DNA of 64,000 nucleotides. Source: Macrostomum lignano (lineage: Eukaryota). The stretch spans positions 682,001-746,000 of the forward strand of contig NIVC01000173.1 in assembly GCA_002269645.1 (NCBI GenBank), written 5' to 3'. The notes below the pieces were generated by a model. The model was not told the origin of the DNA. It searched no databases and saw only the letters and a program-made list of their open reading frames with translations. The translations under genes were made by a program, and so were the position numbers. This document shows positions 1 to 12,808 of this stretch, one piece after another (position 1 is the stretch's first letter; every line of letters begins with the position of its first letter).

Positions 1-235
1 AAGTTCAGACCATCAATGACAGCTTGAAAGCAATCAGTGTCGCGGATGAATGAGTCTTGTTCTTTAGAAATTGGTTGTAGAAAGAGGTTTGATAAATTTG
101 GCGCTGCAGACTGTCGGTTGCTCGGGTGGGACTGTGGAAATTAGCCACAATTTGGGATCCTTATGGATCTTTGGGAGCAAATAGAAACTCAGATTGTCTG
201 GTTTTAGAGGTGGGATAAGCTGGATGTGTTGACGG
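1..235 (-). mobile_element. Degenerate Penelope-like element (PLE) reverse transcriptase fragment
   Basis: The minus strand reads ...LSFYLLPKIHKDPKL..., then after a frameshift ...LFLQPISKEQDSFIRDTDCFQAVIDGLN to the window edge. FYxLPKIHK and LQP....SY/FIxDT are characteristic PLE RT motifs. The intervening RPIVS block is eroded. Confidence 0.7.
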
Positions 236-412
236 CTTGTAAAGGAAGGAAGGAAAAAATCAACACACAATACCACTAAGCTTTCACTTAGCACCCTACT
301 AATAGCATCTAGTAGAAAATAATTCGCGATACATCTCGTACAGATAAAGACGTTGAAAATGAATTCATAAAACTTTACTTCAGTTGGCCGTCAATGCGCA
401 TTCCCTAAAACA

Positions 413-3400
413 ATGGACGTCGATAATTTAAACAAATCGATAAAAAGCCTCGAAGACAAATGGAAATTAGTGCCGGCTTTTTTAAAAGTTCGCGGCCTAG
501 TTAAACAGCACATCGAATCGTTTAATCATTTTGTTAACACCGAAGTTCGAGCTATCATGCTAGCCAATCAGAGAGTCGTGTGCGATGCAGACCAGCGCTG
601 GTATTTGGAATATAAAAATATTTACGTTGGCAGGCCATCCGTTGAAGAGGGGCCCATTGTTAAAGAGATTAGCCCGCACGAGTGCCGTCTTAGGGATTTG
701 ACCTACGCTGCTCCCTTACTAGTGGATATCGCTTATATACGAGGCGATCAGAGAGTCAACATGGACCGGGTGCCAATTGGATCGATACCTATCATGCTGC
801 GAAGTTCCAACTGTCTGTTAACTGGCAAGACGCCTAACGAATTGACTAGATTACGCGAGTGTCCCCTTGATCCTGGCGGCTATTTTATTATTCGCGGCAC
901 AGAGAAGGTCATTCTACTGCAGGAACAGCTGTCTAAGAATCGGGTTATTGTTGAGGATGATAATAAAGGTTTGTACGTTTGGTTCTAGACCCTCGAACAT
1001 TCTCTTGTAATTTGTAATTTTTCTCTTTTGACTCTGTCTAATTTCCTCACTCTAGTCTTGTCAGCCTCCCAGATCGTCGCTCTCTCGTCACTCTCAAATA
1101 AAAAATCTGCATTCTTCTTGTAGGCACATTTCTTTTTGTCACTCTTGTCACTCCCCCAAATCGTCACTCTTGTCACACTCCCACATCGTCACTCTTGTCA
1201 CTCCCCCACATCGTCACTCTTGTCACTCTCGCAAATCGTCACTCTTGTCACACTCTTACATTGTCACTCCTGTCACTCCCCACATCGTCACTCTTGTCAC
1301 TCCCCACATCGTCACTCTTGTCACTCCCCACATCGTCACTCTTGTCACTCCCCACATCGTCACTCTTGTCACTCCCCACATCGTCACTCTTGTCACTTCC
1401 CACATCGTCACTCTTGTCACTCTCCCACATCGTCACTCTTGTCACTCTCCCACATCGTCACTCTTGTCACTCCCCACATCGTCACTCTTGTCAAACTCTT
1501 ACATCGTCACTCCTGTCACTCCCCACATCGTCACTCTTGTCACTCCCCACATCGTCACTCTTGTCACTCCCCACATCGTCACTCCCCACATCGTCACTCT
1601 TGTCACTCCCCACATCGTCACTCTTGTCACTTCCCACATCGTCACTCTTGTCACTCTCCCACATCGTCACTCTTGTCACTCTCCCACAACGTCACTCTTG
1701 TCAAACTCTTACATCGTCACTCCTGTCACTCCCCACATCGTCACTCCCCACATCGTCACTCTTGTCACTCTCCCACATCGTCACTCTTGTCAAACTCTTA
1801 CATCGTCACTCCTGTCACTCCCCACATCGTCACTCTTGTCACTCCCCACATCGTCACTCTTGTCACTCCCCACATCGTCACTCTTGTCACTCCCCACATC
1901 GTCACTCTTGTCACTCCCCACATCGTCACTCTTGTCACTCTCCCAAATCGTCACTCTTATCCACAAAATCGTTATGCGGGATAATAATCCCAATTATTCC
2001 CCATCTCCCCCCAGGCCACATAATGTGCAGCGTCACATCCAGTACACATCAACGCAAATCTAAAACCGGCCTAGTAGCCAAGAAAGGCATTTTCCACGTC
2101 GAGCACAATTCGTTTGGCGAACTAGTGCCAGCTGTTGTTGTACTAAAAGCTATGGGCATGATTTGCGATCAAGAGATTGTACAGACTATTGGCACAGAAG
2201 ATGAAGTTCTATCAGCGCTATTGCCCTGTCTGGAGCAGTGTCACAAGCTGAAGCTGTTCACTCAGAATCAGGCTCTTGCCTGGCTATCTAACAAGATCCG
2301 AGTGGCTAAGACCTACGGCCCAGCTTGGAAAGCCAGTCGAGAACGCAAAGACGCCGAAGGTCGTATTGACGATTGTAGGCAGACTCTGAAGGTTTGTATT
2401 GGCACAGCAAAGATGATGTGAAAGTTTTTTAAGCATTGTTCTTACAGATGATAATATCCTTTAGCTTTCCCTAATATCCCCTATCTACTTCCTATCTACT
2501 GTATCCCCATCTTTGCGCTCTTATAATCGCCCTTTCTTGCACTTTTGTAATAGCCCTTCTTTGCACTTTTGTAATAGCCCTTCTTTGCACTCTTAGAATC
2601 GACTTTGCGCTTTTAGAATCTCCCTTCCTTGCAATTCCGGAATAGTCCTTTGAATTGTTTAGAATCGCCCTCCTTTGCATTTTTTATTAGCCCTTTGCAC
2701 TTTTAGAATCGCCCTTCCTTACACTTTTAGAATCGCCCTTCCTCGAACTTTGCACTTTTAAAACTGTCTATGTATTTTCAGAATAGACTGCACTTTTAGA
2801 ATCGCCCTTCCTTACACTTTTAGAATCGCCCTTCCTCGAACTTTGCACTTTTAAAACTGTCTATGTACTTTCAGAATAGACTGCACTTTTAGAATCGCCT
2901 TTCCTTGCAATTTTAGAGTCGCCCTTCCTCGAACTTTTGGAATGGCCCTTCTTTGCACTTTTCGAATTGTCTTTGTACTTTTCGAATAGACTTTGAACTT
3001 TTAGAATTGCCCTTATATGTACTTTTAGTAGCGCCTTTCTTTTTGTACTTATGAAATATATTTGCACTTTTAAATCGTTCCCCCTCCTATCTACGCTACC
3101 ATTCGAATCCCTCAGGACATAGTCCTAGCCCACGTGCCAGTCGAACATTGGAATTTCCATCAGAAGTGCGTCTACCTGTGCCTGATGTTGCGCAAGCTGA
3201 TCCTGGCCCAAGCCGGCCTGATCCCTCCAGACGATCGCGACTACTACGGCAATAAAAGGCTTGAATTGGCGGGCTCTCTGTTAGCTCTGCTGTTCGAAGA
3301 TCATTTCAAAAAGTTTAACGATAATTTGCGTTTCGTTGCCAACGAGATGCTGCCTAAAAATCAAGCGACCGCCTTTGACATTCACAAGCACATCCGGCAG

Positions 3401-6400
3401 GATCTGATCACTAACGGCTTGGTTGCCGCCATCTCGTCTGGCAATTGGAATATCAAACGATTCCGAATGGAACGTCAGGGAGTCACTCAGGTTTGTGTTT
3501 TATTTTGTAGGGTAGGTTCATTTTAAGTTTATGCAATTTGGTCATGTAGAAACGGTCATAAGTTTATCTATTTGGTCATCAATTTTTCAATTCTGGCATT
3601 AGGTCTCTAGTTCGGTCATTAACTTTTCAGATCGGTCATTAGCTCTCTAGTTCGGTCATTAGGTCTCTAGTTCGGCCATTACTAGTTCGCTCATTGGGTC
3701 TCTAATTCGGCCATTAGGTCTCTAGTTTGGTCATTAGGTCTCGAATTCGGCCATTAGGTCTCTAGTTCGGTAATTAATTTGTAAACTCGGTCATTAGTTT
3801 CTTTATATTCGGTCATTAAGTCTCTGGTTTGGTCTTTGGGTCTCTAGTTCGGTAATTTGGTCTCTAATTCAATAATTAGGTCTCTAATTCAATAATTAGG
3901 TCTCTAATTCAATAATTAGGTCTCTAATTCAATAATTAGGTCTCTGATTCGGCCATTAGATCTCTAGTTAGTTTGGTCATTAGGTCTCTGGTTTGGTCAT
4001 TAGTTTGTCTATTCGTTCATAGATTTTTCCGATTGATTTAGAAAAAGTCGATTTTTTAAATTAATGACGTGTCCGATTGGTCATCGTGATGTCAGATTTT
4101 TTTGTGATTGGATTAGAAATGGATTAAAAATATATCCAGCATTTCTAGCACCGAAAAAAGTTAATTGCAATATTAACTTGCCTACTTAAAGTAAGCTATC
4201 GCTCATCAATTTCAGGTGCTAACCCGTCTGTCCTACATCTCGGCCCTGGGTCACATGACTCGCATCAATTCTCAGTTCGAGAAGACCCGCAAAGTCAGCG
4301 GTCCCCGGTCGCTGCAGCCCAGCCAATGGGGCATGCTCTGTCCTAGCGACACGCCCGAGGGCGAGAGCTGCGGATTAGTCAAGAACCTCGCTCTGATGAG
4401 TCACGTGACTATGGACGTTGACGACGCGCCGCTGCTTCGCCTCATACTCGATCTGGGCGTTGAACCCGTGGACAGTCTGCGGGGTCAGCAGCTGCACGCC
4501 GAGCACAGCTTTTTAGTCTTTCTTAACGGTGATTGTTTTTTAGATATGGCTGGATTAAGGACCTGGGATTCCCCTTTGTTGTTGATCTGGGATTCCCCTT
4601 TGTTATTGATGTGGGATTTACCTTTGTTATTGATATGGAATTTACCTTTGTTATTGATCTGGGATTTACCTTTGTTATTGATCTGGGATTTACCTTTGTT
4701 ATTGATTTGGGATTTACCTTTGTTATTGATCTGGGATTTACCTTTGTTATTGATTTGGGATTTACCTTTGTTATTGATCTGGGATTTACCTTTGTTATTG
4801 ATCTGGGATTTACCTTTGTTATTGATCTGGGATTTACCTTTGTTATTGATCTGGGATTTACCTTTGGTTAGGGATCTTGGATTCCCCGATACTAGGGATT
4901 TGGGATTCCCCTGTGTTGGGGATCTGAGATTCCCCTGTGTTAGGGATCTGGGATTCCCCTTTGTTGGGGATCTGAGATTCCCGCATGTTGGGGATCTGGG
5001 ATTCCCCTGTGTTAGGGACTTTGATTCCCCTTTGTTAGGGATCTGAGATTCCCCTGTGTTAGGGATCAGGGATTCTCCTTGTAAGGGATCCTCCTTTTTT
5101 AGGGATCTGGGATTTCCCTGTGTTAGGGATCTGGGATTTCTCTGTGTTAGGGATCAAGGATTCTCCTTGTTAGGGATCCTCCTTTTTTAGGGATCTGAGA
5201 TCCCCCTGTGTTAGGGATCTGGGATTTCTCTGTGTTAGGGATCTGGGATTTCCCTGTGTTTGGGATCTGGGATTCTCCTGTGTCAGGGATCTGGGATTTC
5301 CCTGTGTTAGGGATCTGGGATTCCCCTGTGTTAGGGATCAGGGATTCTCCTGTGTTAGGGATCTGGGATTTCCCTGTGTTAGGGATCTGGGATTCCCCTG
5401 TGTTAGGGATCAGGGATTCTCCTGTGTTAGGGATCTTGGATTTCCCTGTGTTAGGGATCTGGGATTTCCCTGTGTTAGGGATCTGGGATTCTCCTGTATC
5501 AAGAATCTAGCACTCCGGTGAGCGAATCGGGTGTCTGAGTTTAGGGCGATTTTTTAAACAGGCAATATCCCAATCTCTCTGCCCCAACCAGGCCTGCTAG
5601 TCGGCTCTTGTCGGCAGTGGCCCCGGCTAGTCCGGCATCTTCGCCGACTCCGCCGTGCCGGTCGCCTTCACCAGTTCGTCTCGGTGCACAGTCACGCCGC
5701 TCATAAAGCGGTTCACGTCGCCTCGGATGGGGGCAGACTCTGTCGGCCGTACATCATCGTAGAGGCTGGGCGACCTCTGGTAGCTCGGCGCCATCTGGAC
5801 GAACTGGCTAGCGGCCTGCGCGATTGGGAAGATTTCCTACACGAAGGGCTGATCGAGTATTTGGACGTTAACGAGGAGAACGATTGTAGGATTGCCGTGT
5901 ACGTAAAGGACATCACCGATGATACTACTCACTTGGAGATTGAGCCGTTCACTTTGCTGGGTTAGTTTTGTTTATTATAAAAACTGCGTGACAAAGTTTT
6001 CAACCCATTTTCACAAGCCTATGAAGTTTTATGTTCTATGAATTACTGGCTTTTTGGCTTATAAATTTTCGGCTTTTAAGTTGGTAAATTCCCGGGTTTT
6101 TATTTATGAAGTTCCAGGGTTTTAGAGTATCCGGTTTTTTAGCTTATAAATTTACGGGTTTATTGTTTACGATTTTCCGAGTTTATTGTTTACGAACTTC
6201 CGGGTTTATTGTTTATGAATTTCCGGGTTTTTCGCTTACAAAACGTTCCGGGTTTGTTGTTTATGAACTTCCGGGTTTATTGTTTATGAATTTCTGGGTT
6301 TTCGCTTATAAAAAGTTCCGGGTTTATTGTTTATAAATTTCCAAGTTTTTCGGTTTATAAGTTTTGGGTTGATTGTTTACTAATTTTCAGCTTTTTGTAT

Positions 6401-9400
6401 GAATGATTGGCTTTTTAGTTGGTAAATTCCTGGGTTTTGATTTATGAATTTCCGGGTTTTATGTTTTCGGGTTTTTCGGGTTTTTAGCTTATGAATTATG
6501 ATTTATGAAATTGCGGTTTTTGGTTTATACATTTCTAAAGAATCGCCCCTTCAAAAAACCTGTCCGTCCTCAGGCGTGTGCGCTGGTATAATTCCCTACC
6601 CGCATCACAACCAGAGCCCGCGCAACACCTACCAGTGCGCCATGGGCAAGCAGGCCATGGGCACTCTGGCCTATAATCAGAACGAACGATTCGACACTGT
6701 GCAGTACTTGCTAGTGTATCCACAGAGGCCGCTGGTGCAGACTAAGCCGCTGGAACTGATCGGCTATCACGAGCTGCCGGCTGGTCAAAATGCCTGCGTT
6801 GCTGTCATGTCCTATTCGGGCTACGACATCGAGGACGCTCTGGTTGTCAATAAGGCGTCGCTTGACCGCGGCTTTGGTCGCTGCTTCTACTATAGGTGGA
6901 GAGGATATGGCTGTGTGGGGATTTTAAGGATTGGGATTTGACTGTGGAACTTTAGGGATGAGGATCTGAGTTTGGGATTTTAGGGATTGAGATCTGAATT
7001 TGGGATTTCAGAGATGGGGGTCTGACTGGGATTTTAAAGATGGGGATCTGAATGGGATTTTTGGAATGGGGATCTGACTAGATTTTTGGGATGAGGATCT
7101 GAATTTTTGATTTTAGGGATGAGGATCTGAATTTGGGATTTTAGGGATGAGGATCTGAATTTGGGATTTTAGGGATGAGGATCTGAATTTGGGATTTTAG
7201 GGATGAGGATCTGAATTTCGGATTTTAGGGATGAGAATCTGAATTTCGGATTTTAGGGATGGGGATCTGGCTGGGATTATAGGGATTGGAATCTGACTGT
7301 GGGATTTTAGGGATGGGGTTCTGATTGGGATTTTAGGGATGGGGTTCTGACTGGGATTTTAGGGATGGGGTTCTGACTGGGATTTTAGGGATGGGGTTCT
7401 GATTGTGGGATTTTAGGGATGGGGTTCTGACTGGGATTTTAGGGATGGGGTTCTGACTGTGGGATTTTAGGGATGGGGTTCTGACTGTGGGTTTTCAGGG
7501 ATGGGGTTCTGATTGTGGGATTTTAGGGATGGGGTTCTGGATTTTAGGGATGGGGTTCTGACTGGGATTTTAGGGATGGGGTTCTGACTGTGGGATTTTA
7601 GGGATGGGGTTCTGACTGTGGGATTTTAGGGATGGGGTTCTGACTGTGGGATTTTAGGGATGGGTTTCTGACTGTGGGATTTTAGGGATGGGGTTCTGAC
7701 TGTGGGTTTTCAGGGATGGGGTTCTGACTGTGGGATTTTAGGGATGGGTTTCTGACTGTGGGATTTTAGGGATGGGGTTCTGACTGTGGGTTTTCAGGGA
7801 TGGGGTTCTGATTGTGGGATTTTAGGGATGGGGTTCTGGATTTTAGGGATGGGGTTCTGACTGTGGGAGTTTAGTGATGGGGTTCTGACTGAGATTTTAG
7901 GGATGGGGTTCTGATTGGGATTTTAGGGATGGGGTTCTGACTGGGATTTTAGGGATGGGGTTCTGACTGTGGGAGTTTAGTGATGGGGTTCTGACTGAGA
8001 TTTTAGGGATGGGGTTCTGATTGGGATTTTAGGGATGGGGTTCTGACTGGGATTTTAGGGATGGGGTTCTGACTGGGATTTTAGGGATGGGGTTCTGACT
8101 GTGGGAGTTTAGTGATGGGGTTCTGACTGAGATTTTAGGGATGGGGTTCTGATTGGGATTTTAGGGATGGGGTTCTGACTGGGATTTTAGGGATGGGGTT
8201 CTGACTGTAGTATTTTAAGTGTTGAGATCTGAATGCGGAATTTCAGCATTGTTTCAACAGTAGGGTATTTTATACGCTGTAAAAATTCTTAGTGGAAAAA
8301 TTAATTCCAACAAAATTTTCCCGAACTCAAACAGGCGGCAGTCAGTCCAGATGAAGCGCTACGCCGACGCCAACCAGTCCACAGACAGGCTGATGGGGCC
8401 CATGGTGGACATCAACACCGGACTGCCCAGACGTGGCCACGAAGTCCTTGAAGCAGACGGTGTAGCCTATGTTGGCGCAAGGGTCTCGGATCGACAGGTT
8501 CTGGTTAATAAAGAGATGCCGATTGTGTCCGCTACAATGTCGGCAGCCGTGAATAGTAATGTTGAGTACAAGAGTGTGCCACAGGACTACAAGGTAATCT
8601 AGCATAGTTATGTCGGATTGGTCGAACTCTCATTGGTCAGATTAGATCATGTCGTAGTCGGGATTGAACTCTCATTGTCGGGATTAAAATTTAGGCTCTC
8701 AATTCTGATGAGTTGGAATTAGAATGTTGGAAGTTTAGGTTTTGACGTCAGAGTTGAAATTATGATTCAGGAGTTCGGATTAGAATGTCGGGAGTTGGGA
8801 TTAGAATGTCGGGAGTTGGGATTAGAATGTCGGGAGTTGGGGATTAGAATGTCGGAGATGGAATTATGGTGTCGGAGTTGGGATTAGAATGTCGGGAGTT
8901 GGGGATTAGAATGTCGGAGATAGGATTATGGTGTCGAAGTTGGGATTAGAATGTCGGGAGTTATGATTAGAATGTCGGGAGTTGGAATTAGAATGTCGGA
9001 GTTGGGGATTAGAATGTCGGGAGTTGGGGATTAGAATGTCGGAGATGGGATTATGGTGTCGAAGTTGGGATTAGAATGTCGGGAGTTATGATTAGAATGT
9101 CGGGAGTTGGAATTAGAATGTCGGAGTTGGGGATTAGAATGTCGGGAGTTGGGGATTAGAATGTCGGAGATGGGATTATGGTGTCGAAGTTGGGATTAGA
9201 ATGTCGGGAGTTATGATTAGAATGTCGGGAGTTGGAATTAGAATGTCGGAGTTGGGGATTAGAATGTCGGGAGTTGGGGATTAGAATGTCGGAGATGGGA
9301 TTATGGTGTCGAAGTTGGGATTAGAATGTCGGGAGTTATGATTAGAATGTCGGGAGTTGGAATTAGAATGTCGGAGTTGGGGATTAGAATGTCGGAGTTA

Positions 9401-10502
9401 GAGATTAGAATGTCGGAGTTGGGATTAGAATTTCAGAGTTGGGATTAGAATGTCGGAGTTTGGATTAGAATGTCGGGAGTTTGGATTAGAATGTCGGGAG
9501 TTGGGATTAGAATGTCGAGAGTTGAGGATTAGCATGTCGGGAGTTAGGAATTATGGTGTCGGAGTTTGGATTAGAATGTCGGGAGTTGGGGATTAGCATG
9601 TCGCAGTTGGAATCTGAATTCGTGTGGACAGCTAAAAAATGGCCCAACCTACACCCCCCCCCCCCCAAATCCAGGGCATGGAGCCGGCCTACGTAGAGAA
9701 AGTGATGGTGGCCAACACCGAGGACAATCACGGCCTGGTGAAACTGCAGCTGCGTCAAACTCGTAGACCAGAAATTGGCGACAAGTTCAGCTCCCGACAC
9801 GGTCAGAAAGGCGTCTGCGGATTGATTGTCGATCAGGCTGACATGCCGTTCTCTCGTGACGGAGTCGTCCCGGATATCATAATGAATCCGCACGGTTACC
9901 CGAGTCGGATGACAGTCGGCAAACTGCTTGAACTGTTGGGCAGCAAAGCGGCTGTACTGGACGGCGCGTTCAAAGACGGCACCGCATTCGGAGGCGACGG
10001 CGCTGAGCAGCTTGGAGCCATTCTGCGCGAGCACGGATTCAACAGTCTCGGCAAGGACGTGCTGACCTCCGGCGTGACTGGCGAGACCATGGAAGCCTAC
10101 GTGTACTCCGGACCGATCTACTATCAGAAGCTGAAGCACATGGTGCTGGATAAGATTCACGCCAGGGCTAGGGGTCCCTGTACTCTTATCACTAGACAGC
10201 CGACTGAGGGTCGAGCTCGGGACGGCGGGCTACGCCTAGGCGAGATGGAGCGCGACTGTCTGATCGGCTATGGAGCCTCCATGCTGCTGGTTGAACGATT
10301 GATGCTCTCGTCTGATGCCTTCGATACTAAGGTGTGCTCAGCCTGCGGCCTGCTCTGCGGCCGGGCCTGGTGCCAGTACTGCCGCAGCAGCACCGCCGTG
10401 TGCTCCGTTCGCATGCCATACGCCTGCAAACTGCTGTTCCAGGAGTTGCAGAGCATGAATATTGCGCCCCGGCTGACACTGCAGGACTGCAACAAGATTT
10501 AA
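413..10502 (+). CDS. POLR3B: DNA-directed RNA polymerase III second-largest subunit (RPC2), 8 exons, 1132 aa
   Basis: join(413..968,2015..2391,3116..3490,4216..4528,5592..5960,6574..6895,8335..8593,9675..10502) = 3399 nt, all GT-AG with consistent phases. Motifs: [110 protein letters not shown] and a C-terminal Zn ribbon. These are the Pol III rather than Pol II variants. Confidence 0.97.
1135..1955. repeat. Minisatellite, 24-bp unit CACATCGTCACTCTTGTCACTCCC (POLR3B intron 1)
   Basis: About 33 tandem units read directly. Source of the HRHSCHSP / PHIVTLVT ORFs. Confidence 0.95.
2500..3060. repeat. Degenerate tandem repeat built on CCCTTCCTTGCACTTTTAGAATCG (POLR3B intron 2)
   Basis: Recurrent GCACTTTTAGAATCGCCCTT motif, with a near-exact larger internal duplication at about 2695-2880. 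Confidence 0.8.
3590..4015. repeat. Minisatellite, 20-bp unit ATTAGGTCTCTAGTTCGGTC (POLR3B intron 3)
   Basis: Degenerate tandem units, with four exact TCTCTAATTCAATAATTAGG copies at 3861-3940. Confidence 0.85.
4555..5500. repeat. Minisatellite, 24-bp units GATCTGGGATTTACCTTTGTTATT grading into GGGATCTGGGATTCCCCTGTGTTA (POLR3B intron 4)
   Basis: Two related sub-arrays read directly. Source of the LLLIWDLP / LGIWDFPV ORFs. Confidence 0.95.
6020..6530. repeat. Highly degenerate T-rich tandem repeat, core TTTATGAATTTCCGGGTT (POLR3B intron 5)
   Basis: Recurrent TTCCGGGTTT and TTATGAA motifs at roughly 25-30 bp spacing. Confidence 0.7.
6910..8210. repeat. G-rich minisatellite, 26-28 bp unit GGGATTTTAGGGATGGGGTTCTGACT(GT) (POLR3B intron 6)
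   Basis: More than 40 tandem units read directly. Confidence 0.95.
8770..9600. repeat. Minisatellite, 20-22 bp unit GGGAGTTGGGATTAGAATGTC, with a 125-bp higher-order repeat (POLR3B intron 7)
   Basis: Tandem units. The variant TTATGGTGTCGAAGTT recurs at 8926, 9051, 9176 and 9301. Confidence 0.95.
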
Positions 10503-10705
10503 TAAGCTTATTGACGTTTTGAGTTGCATTTTATTTATCATGGATCATGGTTTCAAATTAACTAGAATGAATACGTGTTCATCATTTGACTCTCCTTTGT
10601 TGTTATGCTGGTTGTTTCTTGTAATTGTAAAATCTGCTTGTTTTAAAGTTTGAATTAGTGCATGAATTGTCAAGACTGGGGGGATTTACAATACCCTTTT
10701 CAGTG

Positions 10706-10711
10706 AATAAA
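10706..10711 (+). terminator. Probable POLR3B polyadenylation signal AATAAA
   Basis: AATAAA about 200 nt after the stop codon, followed by a T/GT-rich downstream tract. Confidence 0.5.
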
Positions 10712-10844
10712 GGCCAACGGTAGAAATTCACCGGTGTATGTTATTTTGTTTTATTCTATTTGGTGTGAACTTTTGCCTGATGTTATGCACTTTCAATGAA
10801 GCTGTTATTTTGTTATGATTTGTTTACTTTTGACAGTTGGAAAA

Positions 10845-11740
10845 AATTCAAGCTAGGTATTGATTTCATGCAACGGGGTATTTAAGCTAGGTATTGATTT
10901 CATGCAACGGGGTATTTCAGCTACAATTGATTTCATGCAACGGGGTATTTCAGCTAGATATTGATTTCATGCAACGGGGTATTTCAGCTACTATTGATTT
11001 CATGCAACGGGGTATTTCAGCTAGATATTGATTTCATGCAACGGGGTATTTCAGCTAGGTATTGATTTCATGCAACGGGGTATTTCAGCTACAATTGATT
11101 TCATGCAACGGGGTATTTCAGCTAGATATTGATTTCATGCAACGGGGTATTTCAGCTACAATTGATTTCATGCAACGGGGTATTTCAGCTAGATATTGAT
11201 TTCATGCAACGGGGTATTTCAGCTACAATTGATTTCATGCAACGGGGTATTTCAGCTAGATATTGATTTCATGCAACGGGGTATTTCAGCTAGGTATTGA
11301 TTTCATGCAACGGGGTATTTCAGCTACAATTGATTTCATGCAACGGGGTATTTCAGCTAGATATTGATTTCATGCAACGGGGTATTTCAGCTACTATTGA
11401 TTTCATGCAACATGGTATTTACGCTAGGTATTGATTTCATGCAACGGGGTATTTACGCTAGATATTGATTTCATGCAACGGGGTATTTCAGCTACTATTG
11501 ATTTCATGCAACGGGGTATTTCAGCTACTATTGATTTCATGCAACGGGGTATTTCAGCTACTATTGAGTTCATGCAACGGGGTATTTAGGCTACTATTGA
11601 TTTCATGCAACGGGGTATTTCAGCTACTATTGAGTTCATGCAACGGGGTATTTAGGCTACTATTGATTTCATGCAACGATTTATTTCAGCTACTATTGAT
11701 TTCATGCAACGGGGTATTTAAGCTACTATTAATTTCATAG
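10845..11740. repeat. Minisatellite, 33/34-bp unit ATTTCAGCTACTATTGATTTCATGCAACGGGGT
   Basis: About 26 tandem units downstream of POLR3B. Confidence 0.95.
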
Positions 11741-12808
11741 AATAAGGAATTCAATAATTGTTTGATTTCGCATCAAGGTCTCTGGGTTTGCGTCATTCTC
11801 GCTGTCGCTTACTAGTAAGAAGATAATCCAAATCCTTGCTATATGGAAACGCTGGATCCGGTTGATCGGGGTGAAATTGCTTCGCACCACATGCAGTTTT
11901 CAAGGCAGCTCTCTCGAAGCGGAGCACGAGCTCATGGCGTCAGCTCAGAAACTGGTCTTAATCACGCTGCTGTAGCAGCCCTGACTGTCACATCCAGCTT
12001 GAATTATTGATCTCACAGCGACTGCAGGTAGCATGCATGGAATTAACTGCACCGACCTTCTAACAAATGAAGAACCATGCAGCTCCCAGAGTCCCGATCG
12101 CTATTATGCCTGCTTGCCAAGGGTCGCCCCACGCGCGGGACACAGTCGAGGCGAAGATGAAGATGGGTGGCGGGTTGCCGCGCCGACGACCCTTGCAGCA
12201 TCCTCTCTCTCTGTTGGCCTTTCTCCTTTTCCCATCTCCATCTCCCTGCCGTTCCCTCTTTCTCTCCTGCGATCCCCAGGGACGCCTCGCCCATCCCAAG
12301 CCAGTTCGGCTGCCTTTTTAATATATATTTTCTCGGATTCTGTGGGGGGCTCTGCGAGGCTGCGAGGGATTGGTTCCGGCCTGGAAGGGGAAGCCCATGG
12401 TTCCCTAGGGATCTTGGAAGGCTCAGCTCCCCCCAGTTCCCATCATCCCTAAAGTCGGTTCTCATCCCCGCGTTTACAAGGGTCCCCTGGGGCCGTCGCC
12501 AAAAGCTTTCGGGGGGGGGGGGGGTCGGTCGGCCCCAGCCTATTTCATCTCCCCCCCCCCAACCCGAAACTCCCCACCGCCTGAATGGAGAATGGAGCCG
12601 AGGCCGCTCGGAATTCCCCAATGGGATTTGGATGAATTGAGAGCCCCCGTGCCCGCCGCAGCCAAACTCCCCAAACACAGCCACCCATCCTCCCCCATCG
12701 CCTGGAGCCGCAGCTTCATCTGTATTTATATAGAATATAGACATTAGGAATTTCCCAATTCCACATTGGTTGCTCCCAGTTGGGGATTCTCAAGCAGTAA
12801 CGACAGTC

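Noticed and set aside
1136-2063. Long ORFs (282-408 aa) across POLR3B intron 1
   Set aside because: Translations of a stop-free 24-bp array, open in several frames. Only 2015..2391 is a real exon.
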